Assembly (NCBI GenBank): GCA_023150835.1
Contig: JAKLKB010000016.1
Location: forward strand, 1 to 64,000
Direction of reading: 5' to 3'
DNA from: Myxococcota bacterium
GTDB taxonomy: Bacteria; Myxococcota_C; UBA6777
Length of the DNA: 64,000 nt
Part shown: positions 1 to 9,006 of the stretch, piece by piece
Layout of the letters: the number at the start of each line of letters is the position of its first letter
Numbering within the stretch: the stretch's first letter is position 1
Position numbers and translations under genes: made by a program
The notes under the pieces: generated by a model
What the model was told of the DNA's origin: nothing
Seen by the model: only the letters and a program-made list of their open reading frames with translations
Databases searched by the model: none

Positions 1-120
1 TGGGGACAAGCTCTTTTGACGTGGGGACAAGCTCTTTTGACGTGGGGACAAGCTCTTTTGACGTGGGGACAAGCTCTTTTGACGTGGGGACAAGCTCTTT
101 CGACGTGGGGACAAGTCTTC
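1..120. repeat. 21-bp tandem repeat (GTGGGGACAAGCTCTTTTGAC), about 5.5 copies, truncated by the window edge
   Basis: Directly visible; units are contiguous with no spacers. Confidence 0.95.
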
Positions 121-174
121 ATGTACGATATCGTATGATGTACACACAAAGGATCGTACACAGACGCCCTGCCA

Positions 175-335
175 TCGGGCAAGCAGCGCAGTGGGTCCCC
201 AAAACTCCCGTGTTCGCGCCGATTCAAGCGAAAGAGTCGTTGCGTGAAAAGACCTGTGATCTCATCGCCCCTCTCGGGGTCAAGGGGGCAAAGCTCCCTT
301 GTGGGGCGTGGGGTGAAACCCCACAAAACCCATCC
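175..335 (+). mobile_element. MITE-like element, family B (degenerate ends)
   Basis: Body CCGTGTTCGCG..CAAGCG..GGGGTCAAGGGG..CCCTTGTGGGGCGTGGGGTGAAACCCCACAAAA matches the copies at 4.6, 5.9, 17.0, 30.6 and 44.3 kb; ends approximate. Confidence 0.7.
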
Positions 336-343
336 AACAAGTC

Positions 344-458
344 ATACGAAATGCGCCCATAGTGTTACCGTAGCGGTGTAGGGGCAGCCCCCTGTGGCTG
401 CCCAAGAATCGGGCGTCTACGCAATATCTTACGATCACACATCGCTCGGATTTCGTGT
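344..458 (+). mobile_element. MITE-like element, family A, with internal GTAG-type REP palindrome (378-420)
   Basis: Ends ATACGAAATGCG / CGGATTTCGTGT form an imperfect inverted repeat; core GTAGGGGCAGCCCCCTGTGGCTGCCC..GGGCGTCTAC recurs in the window. Confidence 0.7.
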
Positions 459-491
459 CGGTTCTATCAAAGAGGGGGATTAGAGGGGGGA

Positions 492-1937
492 TTAATAGCG
501 GTAGTGATCAGGTTTGTAGGGGCCTTCGACGGAGACGCCGAGGTAGCCGGCTTGATCTTTGGAGAGCTTGGTGAGTTTCCCGCCGAGTTTTTCGACGTGG
601 AGGCGAGCGACTTCTTCGTCGAGGCGTTTGGGGAGGACGTACACGCCGACGGCGTAGTCTTTTTGGGCGAGTTCGATCTGTGCGAGGACTTGGTTGCTAA
701 AGGAGTTGGACATCACGAAGGAGGGATGGCCTGTTGCGCAACCAAGGTTCACAAGGCGGCCTTCTGCGAGGAGGTACACAGCGCGGCCATTGGGGAGTAC
801 ATACTGATCGACTTGGGGCTTGATGTTGATGTGCTTGATATCGTCGGCGGCTTGGAGTTCTGCGACTTGGATCTCGTTGTCAAAGTGGCCGATGTTGCAG
901 ATGATCGCTTGATCTTTCATGTGGCGGATATGTTCAAGCGAGATGATATCGCGGTTGCCTGTGGCGGTGACGTAGATATCGGCTTGGGGCAAAGCGTCTT
1001 CGACGGTGGTGATCTCGAAGCCTTCCATCAGGGCTTGCAAAGCGCAGATCGGATCGATCTCGGAGATCAGGACGCGAGCGCCGTATTGGCGCATGGAGTG
1101 AGCGCAGCCTTTGCCGACGTCGCCATAGCCGCACACCATCACGACTTTTCCAGCGAGCATCACGTCCATGGCGCGTTTAAGGCCGTCTGCAAGGGATTCA
1201 CGGCAACCATAGAGGTTGTCGAACTTGGATTTGGTCACGGAGTCATTGACGTTGAACGCGGGGAACAGCAGGTCGCCTTTTTTCATACGTTGGTAGAGGC
1301 GGTTGACGCCCGTGGTGGTTTCTTCGGATACACCGCGCACATGGGGAACGATCCCGTGCCAGCGCTTGGGTTCTTCGGGCAGAAGTTTGTACATCAAGCG
1401 CAACAAGCATTGCTCTTCGCGGTTGGTCGTGGTGATCGGCGGAAGCTCTTTGGTGGCCTCGTAGGTTTTTTCCATCTCCAAGCCCAAGTGCAGCCACAAC
1501 GTCGCGTCACCACCGTCATCCACGATCAAGGTCGGGCCTTCGTTGTTGGGGAAGCGGAAACTTTGATCCAAACACCACCAATACTCATCGAGGGTTTCGC
1601 CTTTCCAAGCGAAAACAGGGGTTCCTGCGGCTGCAATCGCCGAAGCAGCGTGGTCTTGCGTCGAAAAGATATTGCAGCTTGACCAGCGCACATCCGCTCC
1701 CAACGCTGTCAACGTCTCGATCAACACAGCCGTTTGGATCGTCATGTGCAACGAACCCGTGATGCGATGGCCTTTCAAGGGCTGTTGTGCGCCGTATTTT
1801 TCACGGATCGCCATCAGGCCCGGCATCTCTTTTTCTGCGATCTCGATCTCTTTGCGGCCCCACTCTGCCAACGAGATATCCGCAACTTTGTAATCCTTGG
1901 CGATGCCAGCTTTTTTTGCACTTGTATCCGAACGCAT
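492..1937 (-). CDS. ahcY: S-adenosyl-L-homocysteine hydrolase
   Basis: Motifs [63 protein letters not shown] and C-terminal KPDHYRY; GAGGAG RBS. Confidence 0.98.
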   Translation of the reverse strand: MRSDTSAKKAGIAKDYKVADISLAEWGRKEIEIAEKEMPGLMAIREKYGAQQPLKGHRITGSLHMTIQTAVLIETLTALGADVRWSSCNIFSTQDHAASAIAAAGTPVFAWKGETLDEYWWCLDQSFRFPNNEGPTLIVDDGGDATLWLHLGLEMEKTYEATKELPPITTTNREEQCLLRLMYKLLPEEPKRWHGIVPHVRGVSEETTTGVNRLYQRMKKGDLLFPAFNVNDSVTKSKFDNLYGCRESLADGLKRAMDVMLAGKVVMVCGYGDVGKGCAHSMRQYGARVLISEIDPICALQALMEGFEITTVEDALPQADIYVTATGNRDIISLEHIRHMKDQAIICNIGHFDNEIQVAELQAADDIKHINIKPQVDQYVLPNGRAVYLLAEGRLVNLGCATGHPSFVMSNSFSNQVLAQIELAQKDYAVGVYVLPKRLDEEVARLHVEKLGGKLTKLSKDQAGYLGVSVEGPYKPDHYRY

Positions 1938-2127
1938 CAGTTCTCCTCAAAATAGAATAATATCGGCCCCTCAAGAACGCACTCGAAGGCGATGGATCAT
2001 GCAACCCCTCAAGCGATCCCAAGGCGCTGCAAAAAGACTGCAAATGCCTAGCGGCACCTCCCAAAAAAGTCAATACCTTCTTAACGTAGCCCCCACAAAC
2101 CCATCCAACCGCGTCCCCCCGATGGGC

Positions 2128-3324
2128 TTAGAAACCGCCGGACATCATGCGCCAGTTAAAGAGTTTTGCGTAGTTTTCGCGCAAGCGCAGGGCCATCATT
2201 TTGCAGAGAGCTTGGAGAAACAGAGGATCTTTTTCAGCGATGCCATCATGGGAATGGAGCAAGTGTTGGCGCAGAGCGAGCAAGGTAAGAGGCCCTTCGT
2301 GAGCGAAACAGTCCGCAGAGCGGACAGCGTTGTCGGCGACCAAGGCCATCTCTCCGAAGAACTGGCCTTGATGCAAGATCGCAAGGGCTTCTTCGCCGAC
2401 GCCCGGGATGCGTTTGCTGATGCGGGCTTCGCCAGAGAGGATGAAATAGAGGGTATCGCCAAAGTCGCCTTCGTAAAAGACGGCGGCTCCCGAAGGTAGG
2501 TGGACTTCTTCGCCGTGAGCAAAGAGGATCTCGATCTCGGAGTGGCTCAGGCCGATCTGCTCGAAGGCTTGGCGCTTTTCATCATCGCGCATATAGCGAG
2601 CGATCACGGGCAAGGCCCCCGAAGAGCCTGCCCCGACGCCTTCAGGGGGAGCAAACCAAGCGGGGCGAGAAGGGGCTTTGCTGCGCGGGATCTCGGTGAC
2701 AGGGGCTTTGAGAGGGTCTGATCCAAAAAACTTTTTCATTTGTTCGTTGGAGCGTTGGAGCTTGTCGGCCAAGGAGCGCCAAAAGCCGCGATAGACATGA
2801 TAAGCGAATGCCGGATGTTCCGAACAGATCTGTCGCAACGGCTCGTGTTCAATGGACCAAAGCTGCACGTCCGATTGGGCTTTGCAAGCGGATGGATCTT
2901 CTTGGCCGTCGATCATGGGCAATTCGCCGCACAGATCGCCAGCCCGAAGGGTGCCGTAGCTTTGATCACCAAAAGGGGTCGAGGCGTAACTGAGCAAGGT
3001 TCCTTGCAAGATCCCAGACAACAGACGGATCGGCGCGTGCATCTCTTGGAGGACGGTTCCGCTGGGGTGGGCTGGAAAAGAGAGGTGAAAAGAGAGTTGT
3101 TCCCATACAGGATCGGGGGCGCTCGCAAACAGGGCCAACGCACGCACCTTTCGCAGCAAATCCTGCTTCCCTTCGGTCAATGGAATCATCCAAATCCTCT
3201 CTACTGCCTCACCGCAAACCACCCAACACAACGGCTCCATCGTGTGATGGTCTTGTGATCTGCTCCACCAAGCACCGACCTTCAAAACGCCTTTGCTCTT
3301 GGCGAGTATTCTTTGTCTTCCCAC
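2128..3324 (-). CDS. Protein with two cyclic-nucleotide-binding domains; true start probably downstream (about 3190-3240)
   Basis: GDLCGELPMID and VFYEGDFGDTLYFILSGEARI..GQFFGEMAL..RSA cNMP motifs; no HTH seen. Confidence 0.8.
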   Translation of the reverse strand: MGRQRILAKSKGVLKVGAWWSRSQDHHTMEPLCWVVCGEAVERIWMIPLTEGKQDLLRKVRALALFASAPDPVWEQLSFHLSFPAHPSGTVLQEMHAPIRLLSGILQGTLLSYASTPFGDQSYGTLRAGDLCGELPMIDGQEDPSACKAQSDVQLWSIEHEPLRQICSEHPAFAYHVYRGFWRSLADKLQRSNEQMKKFFGSDPLKAPVTEIPRSKAPSRPAWFAPPEGVGAGSSGALPVIARYMRDDEKRQAFEQIGLSHSEIEILFAHGEEVHLPSGAAVFYEGDFGDTLYFILSGEARISKRIPGVGEEALAILHQGQFFGEMALVADNAVRSADCFAHEGPLTLLALRQHLLHSHDGIAEKDPLFLQALCKMMALRLRENYAKLFNWRMMSGGF

Positions 3325-3369
3325 CGCAAGTCAAGTTTCCGTCCCCCATCACAAGGTGTGGCTGTTACC

Positions 3370-4593
3370 TCAAGCGACCGCAGCCACAAGGCGAGGCAAC
3401 AGCGCGTCCACAAGGCGAAACAGGCCGCGCAGATCTTCGATATCCTCGCCGAGATGGGGTGCAGCCAGCGCCCACGACTGTTTGCCTGCAAGCATCACCA
3501 AGCGATGATACAGATCGAAGTGTTGTTCGGAAAGTGCGTATTCATGGGCCGCAAGAGGCTCCAGCTTTTCAAACGCATCCTGTAAGCTCATGGGCAAGGT
3601 TCCCCATGATTCGCGTTTTTCAGCGGACAGACTGAGGAAAGAATGTTTGGGATGATCGGCGAGAGAGCGATTTAACAAAAACCCGCCAAAGGGGATGTGG
3701 CGTTCCAACAAGACGCGCTGAAAGTACAAGGCTTCTTCCAAGGCCAATGGATCGGGGCTTGTGACCAAGAGGTGCGAAGATTCAGGCGAGGCCAGAACCC
3801 GCCGAACGGTGTCTGCGTGTTCTTGGAGCGTATCGAAGATGTGCAGCATGAGTCCGACAAACTCTTGGGTATCGGAGAGGAAGCTAAGTCCTGCGACTTG
3901 CTCAAACACGGAATTCAGGAGCTTTCGTGCGCGATTGAGGAAAAAGCCAGAGCTTTCGCTTGGCGCAAAAACCCGCAAGATCCGAGAGTCCAAGAAGCGC
4001 AAGATCTGATCAGGAGCGTTCAGAAAGTCGATGGCGTTTCGAGAGGGCGGAGTATCGAGGACGATCAAGTCGTAGGTTCGACGCGAATAAAACTGGAACA
4101 GGCTTTCTCCAGCCATGTATTCTTGCATCCCCGCCACAAGATGCCGCGTGGCCTGATAGATCCGCGTTTTGTAGATGCGTTCGGCATCTTCGGGAGAAGC
4201 GGACAGCGTGCGGATCATCTCATCAAAGATCGGAAACGGCTGAACCATCCAAAAATCCAAGGAGCCTTGGATATCTTGTTGTTCAGGCACCAATCGAGCG
4301 ATGTCCACGCGCTGAGGGGTGTCGGCGTGTGCAGGCATCCCCAAAGCATCCGCAAGGCGGCGTGCTGGATCGATCGTGACCACCAGCGTTTTGCGCCCAA
4401 GCAGCGCCCCAGCCACCCCCAACGCCGCCGAAGTCGTCGTCTTTCCGACACCACCCGCCCCACAGCACACCACAATCCGCTTGTTTTGCAGCACCCCACG
4501 CAACGCATCACGTGCGGCACCTTGGTTCAAATGTTCGCCTTGCATCTCTTCGTCTGCTTTCTGTTGTTTAGGCCGCTCGTCATCAAGTGTCAT
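3370..4593 (-). CDS. ArsA/GET3-like ATPase, partner with CGAGGVGKTT P-loop
   Basis: CCGAGGVGKTT, TIDPARRLA, YDLIVLDTPP; the longer ORF-track start runs into a repeat element. Confidence 0.88.
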   Translation of the reverse strand: MTLDDERPKQQKADEEMQGEHLNQGAARDALRGVLQNKRIVVCCGAGGVGKTTTSAALGVAGALLGRKTLVVTIDPARRLADALGMPAHADTPQRVDIARLVPEQQDIQGSLDFWMVQPFPIFDEMIRTLSASPEDAERIYKTRIYQATRHLVAGMQEYMAGESLFQFYSRRTYDLIVLDTPPSRNAIDFLNAPDQILRFLDSRILRVFAPSESSGFFLNRARKLLNSVFEQVAGLSFLSDTQEFVGLMLHIFDTLQEHADTVRRVLASPESSHLLVTSPDPLALEEALYFQRVLLERHIPFGGFLLNRSLADHPKHSFLSLSAEKRESWGTLPMSLQDAFEKLEPLAAHEYALSEQHFDLYHRLVMLAGKQSWALAAPHLGEDIEDLRGLFRLVDALLPRLVAAVA

Positions 4594-4760
4594 GCAGCGT
4601 GACACAGTTGCCCAAAAGCTCCGTGTTCTCGCCATTTCAAGCGACAGAGTTGTCTGTGTGAAAACCCTATGCTCTCTTCGCCTGATACGGGGTCCATAGA
4701 GCCGCGCTCTATGGCGGGGCGTGGGGTGGAACCCCACAAAACCTATTTCGCTGCGCGAGT
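4592..4760 (+). mobile_element. MITE-like element, family B, between the two ArsA-like genes
   Basis: Same body as 16985-17155, with degenerate TIR-like ends (GTGACACAGTTG / CTGCGCGAGT). Confidence 0.7.
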
Positions 4761-4777
4761 CGTCTGCTTTCTGTTGT

Positions 4778-5731
4778 TTAGGCCGCTTGCATCAGCCAAG
4801 GCTCGTCCAAAAAGATCTGCATCAGGGCCGCCATACAAGCTCCGGGCTGCTCGACCCATTGTTCTTCGAGCGTCAACAGCGGTACGCGCCCTTGTTCGGC
4901 GAAGCCTTGTTGCAGCCGCTCCAATGCCTCACGAGCGCGCAAGATCCGCCGCAAACTCCACTCTCCGAGTACTTCGTTTCGGTGCGTCAAGAAGAACTCA
5001 AGCAAAGACTGACGTTCGCTGTCCTCGAATGGATCTTGTGGGATGCGGTTAACGATCACACCTGCGATCGGAACGCGATCACGGCGCAGCCCATCCAGAA
5101 GCTCGAAGGTTTCGGAGACAGGGAGGGGTTCGGGCAGCGTCACTGCCACAGCCCCCGTCACTTTGGTGTCATAAAAATAGTGTTGTGCTTCTTCGATGGC
5201 TGCGCGGATCGGCCCCCCTTGAAAGATCTGCAAAAACGGCTTGGGCAACGAAGTTAGTGCCAAAGCGTGGCCTGTCGCGGGCAGATCCACCAACACAACG
5301 TCGTAATGAGCGCGGCCTGTTTTAGGATCTTTTCGGATATACGGCAACATCCGATAGATCAAGCCCAACTCCTGAAACCCGGGCGCAGCCATCAAAAACC
5401 GCGTCAAATATTTCGAATTCATCGCAGCCTGCGCCATCATCTTGAAGGGAACTTGATCGATCAAAAACTGAAAATGCCCACCACGCGGAGTTAATCGCGC
5501 ACAAGATATCTGCGGCGATATCACATACGGTTCGTCTTTGCGAAACGCATCAGGCCCCCCCAACAACCGCAACAGCGTCGACGGCGATTCGAGATCCCGC
5601 TCCAGATCCAACGCCAACACGCGCTTGCCTTGCTTTGCCGCAACACGCGCCAAAGCCGCCGTGATCGTGGTCTTCCCCACGCCTCCCTTGCCTGTCACCA
5701 TAATAACGCGGCGATCAAATAGCTTCTCCAA
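4778..5731 (-). CDS. ArsA/GET3-like ATPase
   Basis: TGKGGVGKTT, APGFQEL, YDVVLVDLPATGH, TLPEPLPVSET; TTG start after AAGGGAG. Confidence 0.88.
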   Translation of the reverse strand: MEKLFDRRVIMVTGKGGVGKTTITAALARVAAKQGKRVLALDLERDLESPSTLLRLLGGPDAFRKDEPYVISPQISCARLTPRGGHFQFLIDQVPFKMMAQAAMNSKYLTRFLMAAPGFQELGLIYRMLPYIRKDPKTGRAHYDVVLVDLPATGHALALTSLPKPFLQIFQGGPIRAAIEEAQHYFYDTKVTGAVAVTLPEPLPVSETFELLDGLRRDRVPIAGVIVNRIPQDPFEDSERQSLLEFFLTHRNEVLGEWSLRRILRAREALERLQQGFAEQGRVPLLTLEEQWVEQPGACMAALMQIFLDEPWLMQAA

Positions 5732-5854
5732 GACGACTCCCTTTGCTGCAAAACGAACATCCCAACTTCCGCACTCTTTTAGCAAATCACACCCCACCAC
5801 GCAAGCCAAAAGACGCCCACCATCGCTCCTTTCAATCCATCCTCGGAATGGTTT

Positions 5855-6015
5855 GTGGGGTTGAATTGGTTTTGTGGGGTTCCACCCCATACCCCGCAAG
5901 GGACGTTCGCCCCTTGACCCCGTGTTGGCGAAAAGAGCGTCACTTTCCAAACCAACGGCTCCGTCGCTTGAGCGGACGCGAACACGGCTTTTTTTGGCAA
6001 CAAGCCACTCTAGTA
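5855..6015 (-). mobile_element. MITE-like element, family B
   Basis: Reverse complement aligns with 17001-17131 (AAAAAAAGCCGTGTTCGCG..CAAGCGAC..CGCCAA.ACGGGGTCAAGGGGCG); ends approximate. Confidence 0.7.
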
Positions 6016-6034
6016 CAAGTCACTTCGCTCTGTC

Positions 6035-9004
6035 ATGAAAAGTCCACCGCTGTCCTCCACCGCGACGATGCCAAAAGACACCCACCATCGCTCCTTTCGA
6101 TCCATCTCTCTGTCCCGTCGCTCTTTTGGGCGAACACCACGCTGCACTCCCCCAACGATGCGCCGCCCCCTAAAGACACATCACTCCCATCCATCCGACC
6201 TTTTCATCGTCGCAACACAAAAGGCACATCCTTTGCGCTCGGCTCCACGCGAACGCCCGCCCATCGACTTTTTCATCCCCGAGGATACCGAGATGCCACC
6301 ATCGCTTTCTTCGTCTATCGACACCACAACAACCGCCCACGCCAGCGCCACAACAGCCGCCCACACCAGCGATCCGATCACCCCCAAACATCGGAGGCTA
6401 AGCGTGCGGCCTTTTTTGGTCTGGCTGCTTTTGTGGGGAGTCGGGTGTTTATGTGGAGAACACCTTTCGATCTCGCCGATCCTTTGGGGGCTTTGTACGA
6501 CGCTCTCGCTTCTTGTCTTGGTGGTGGTGTGGTGGCGCTCTCACGCTTCCACGATGCTTGTGTTGGGTTGGGTGGCGTTTGTGCTTGGGGCATTCTCTCC
6601 GATCCTCTCGATGTCCCGACAAGCCCAAACGATGGACGTGATCACTCCCGCTCTTTTGAACAGACGCCTTTTCTTCGAGGGCGTTCTTCTCCAACCGCTT
6701 CAGCCGCGCCTCGTTCCACCATATCGCTACCCGATCCCAAAACGCCATCTTCGCCATCCCAAGGGCGTTTGCAACCATGTTCCTCACGGTGTAGAGCTTC
6801 CGCCAAGCGATCCGCCCACACATCTGGGTAGCGCGCCCTTTTTGCTTCGACGATGGTCCCGCGAGAGACAAGGCCCTTGGAAGCCGATCCATGAAAAGAT
6901 CATCCTTCAAATCGTCGGTCCCAAGGCATTTTCACGCGGCCAATGGATGCGGCTTTCCTTGAAACTGCGCCAACCTAGACGTTACGCAAATCCGGGACAG
7001 TCCGATCCTTGGCGCGCTCTCGCCGCCGAAGGCATCCGTTATAGCGCTTCCACCAAACACGACACACTCGCTCCGCTCGATATCCCCCAACCCTCCGCCG
7101 TTCTTGCTGCTCTCGATCACCTCCGCCAAGATGCCCGACAATGGCTACAAACCCACGCCCGACAAGCCGAAACACGCGCACTTTTTCTTGCGCTTTTGTT
7201 GGGCGACCGCAGCGAGATCACCCCCAAGCTGCGCGATGACTTTGCGCGCACAGGAACCTCCCATCTGCTCGCCATATCGGGGCTTCACCTTGCATTGGTG
7301 GGTGGGTGCTTCTTTTGGCTGTGGTCTTGGTTGTTGTCCCGCAGTTTGTGGTGCTTGCTGTACACGCGCCCGCGTCGACTCGCTGCGCTGTTGACCTTGC
7401 CACCGACGTATCTGTACGCCTTTTTGAGCGGCCCTTCGGTCTCGACCCAACGGGCTTTGTTGATGATCAACATCGCTCTCTTTGGCGTGATCTTTTTGCG
7501 CAAAGGTGCCGGACTGATCAGCCTTTTCACCGCAGGATGTTTGATCTTGGTGTGGGATCCCAACGCACACACCACCCCTGCTTTCTTGCTGTCCTTTGGT
7601 TCGGTGTTTTGGCTAATGACCCTCAGCACAAACATCCCACATCTCGATGCCTCCGAACCACACGACGCCTCTCCCTTTGTTCGCCGCTGCCGCCAAATCG
7701 CGCATATCGCGTCCCGATGGGTTGGTCTGCCGTTGTTGTCCTCTTTTCTTGTGATGCTTGGAACCTTGCCTGTGTCGTTGGACTTTTCTCCGCACTTTCC
7801 GCTTCATGGGCCGTTGGTGAACCTGATCGCGATCCCGATGTGCGGCTTTCTTTCGGTAGCCTTGGGGTTGTTGGCGCTTTTTCTATCTTGGCTCTGTCCG
7901 CCCCTTGCGATCGCGGTGTTGTGCGTCGCCGATCTTTGTACGGCATGGTTGATCGCGTGGGTGCGCCTGATGGCCTCTTTCCAATCTGCGATCCTTTCGC
8001 TCCCACCGCTGCGTCTCGGTGAGATCTTGGCCTTGCTCTGCTTCTTGCTTGCACTTGCGACATGGCCGAAGATGCCGCGTGTCTCGCTGCTCCTTGTGGC
8101 CTTGATTCCGTTGTTTTTGTTGATCCCACCTATGCGATCGGCACTTCAGCGATCGTTCCGCCCCACCCTCCAAGTCGACTTTCTTGATGTCGGCCAAGGC
8201 GACGCGATCTTCCTCCGCTTTCCGAACCAACAAACCATGCTCGTCGACGCAGGGGGCGAAGCCTTTGCGCCTGTCGATGTCGGAGAACGTGCGATCCTCC
8301 CCTACCTACGCCACCAACGCATCCACCGCCTCGATTATGTCGTGATGTCCCACCCTCATCCCGATCACTTCGGCGGCTTTTTGACGCTATTTCAACACAT
8401 CCCCGTCGGTGAGTTTTGGCACAACCAACAACGCGGCGGGCATCCGCACTATCGCAACCTCCGCGAGATCTTGCACAAACAACGCATCCCCATGCGCAGC
8501 TTTTCTCGCCCCACCACCCGCATGATCGGAGAAGTTCGTCTCGATATCCTTCACCCTTTCCCCGGCCCTCACGAAGGTTCGACCTATTACTGGGCTCTTC
8601 ACGCCAACGACAACTCACTCGTAATGCTTCTCACCTACGGCAATACCCGACTCCTGCTCACGGGCGACATCGAAGAACGCGCCGAAGAGATCCTCACCGA
8701 ACGCTATCCCCACCTGCGCGCCGATCTGCTCAAGATCCCCCACCACGCCAGTCGCACCTCTTCCACCGCCCGTCTGCTCGACCACCTCCAACCGCGCCAT
8801 GCCTTCGCAGGCATCGGACGACAAAATCTCTTCGGCTTCCCCCATCCATCCACCCTCCAACGCTACAAACGCCGTCGTATCCGCCTCTGGCGCACCGATC
8901 TACACGGCATGATCCGCGTCCACATCCGCAAACGCTCCTTCTCGATCCACCCCACCCTTTCGCCCCCCCCACCATCCCGCCCCGACCGCGCAAAGATGCC
9001 GTAA
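6035..9004 (+). CDS. comEC: ComEC/Rec2 DNA-uptake channel with metallo-beta-lactamase domain; start uncertain, probably later
   Basis: ALLLGDR, GTSHLLAISGLH, FLDVGQGDA, SHPHPDHFGG, NDNSLV, LLTGDIE, IPHHAS, FGFPHP. Confidence 0.93.
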   Translation: MKSPPLSSTATMPKDTHHRSFRSISLSRRSFGRTPRCTPPTMRRPLKTHHSHPSDLFIVATQKAHPLRSAPRERPPIDFFIPEDTEMPPSLSSSIDTTTTAHASATTAAHTSDPITPKHRRLSVRPFLVWLLLWGVGCLCGEHLSISPILWGLCTTLSLLVLVVVWWRSHASTMLVLGWVAFVLGAFSPILSMSRQAQTMDVITPALLNRRLFFEGVLLQPLQPRLVPPYRYPIPKRHLRHPKGVCNHVPHGVELPPSDPPTHLGSAPFLLRRWSRERQGPWKPIHEKIILQIVGPKAFSRGQWMRLSLKLRQPRRYANPGQSDPWRALAAEGIRYSASTKHDTLAPLDIPQPSAVLAALDHLRQDARQWLQTHARQAETRALFLALLLGDRSEITPKLRDDFARTGTSHLLAISGLHLALVGGCFFWLWSWLLSRSLWCLLYTRPRRLAALLTLPPTYLYAFLSGPSVSTQRALLMINIALFGVIFLRKGAGLISLFTAGCLILVWDPNAHTTPAFLLSFGSVFWLMTLSTNIPHLDASEPHDASPFVRRCRQIAHIASRWVGLPLLSSFLVMLGTLPVSLDFSPHFPLHGPLVNLIAIPMCGFLSVALGLLALFLSWLCPPLAIAVLCVADLCTAWLIAWVRLMASFQSAILSLPPLRLGEILALLCFLLALATWPKMPRVSLLLVALIPLFLLIPPMRSALQRSFRPTLQVDFLDVGQGDAIFLRFPNQQTMLVDAGGEAFAPVDVGERAILPYLRHQRIHRLDYVVMSHPHPDHFGGFLTLFQHIPVGEFWHNQQRGGHPHYRNLREILHKQRIPMRSFSRPTTRMIGEVRLDILHPFPGPHEGSTYYWALHANDNSLVMLLTYGNTRLLLTGDIEERAEEILTERYPHLRADLLKIPHHASRTSSTARLLDHLQPRHAFAGIGRQNLFGFPHPSTLQRYKRRRIRLWRTDLHGMIRVHIRKRSFSIHPTLSPPPPSRPDRAKMP

Positions 9005-9006
9005 TC

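Noticed and set aside
1-120. Possible CRISPR array
   Set aside because: Units are contiguous with no unique spacers, and there are no cas genes in the window.
504-1682. Long antisense ORFs (also 10720-12012, 17308-18588, 19892-21157, 34977-36530, 37408-38892, 47755-48912)
   Set aside because: They are shadows of well-supported genes on the opposite strand and have no recognisable motifs.
1938-2100. SAH or SAM riboswitch upstream of ahcY
   Set aside because: I could not find the conserved SAH-riboswitch elements by eye; an Rfam/Infernal scan would settle it.
3370-5731. Arsenic-resistance operon
   Set aside because: No arsB/acr3, arsC or arsR; the ATPases fit the non-arsenite paired subfamily.
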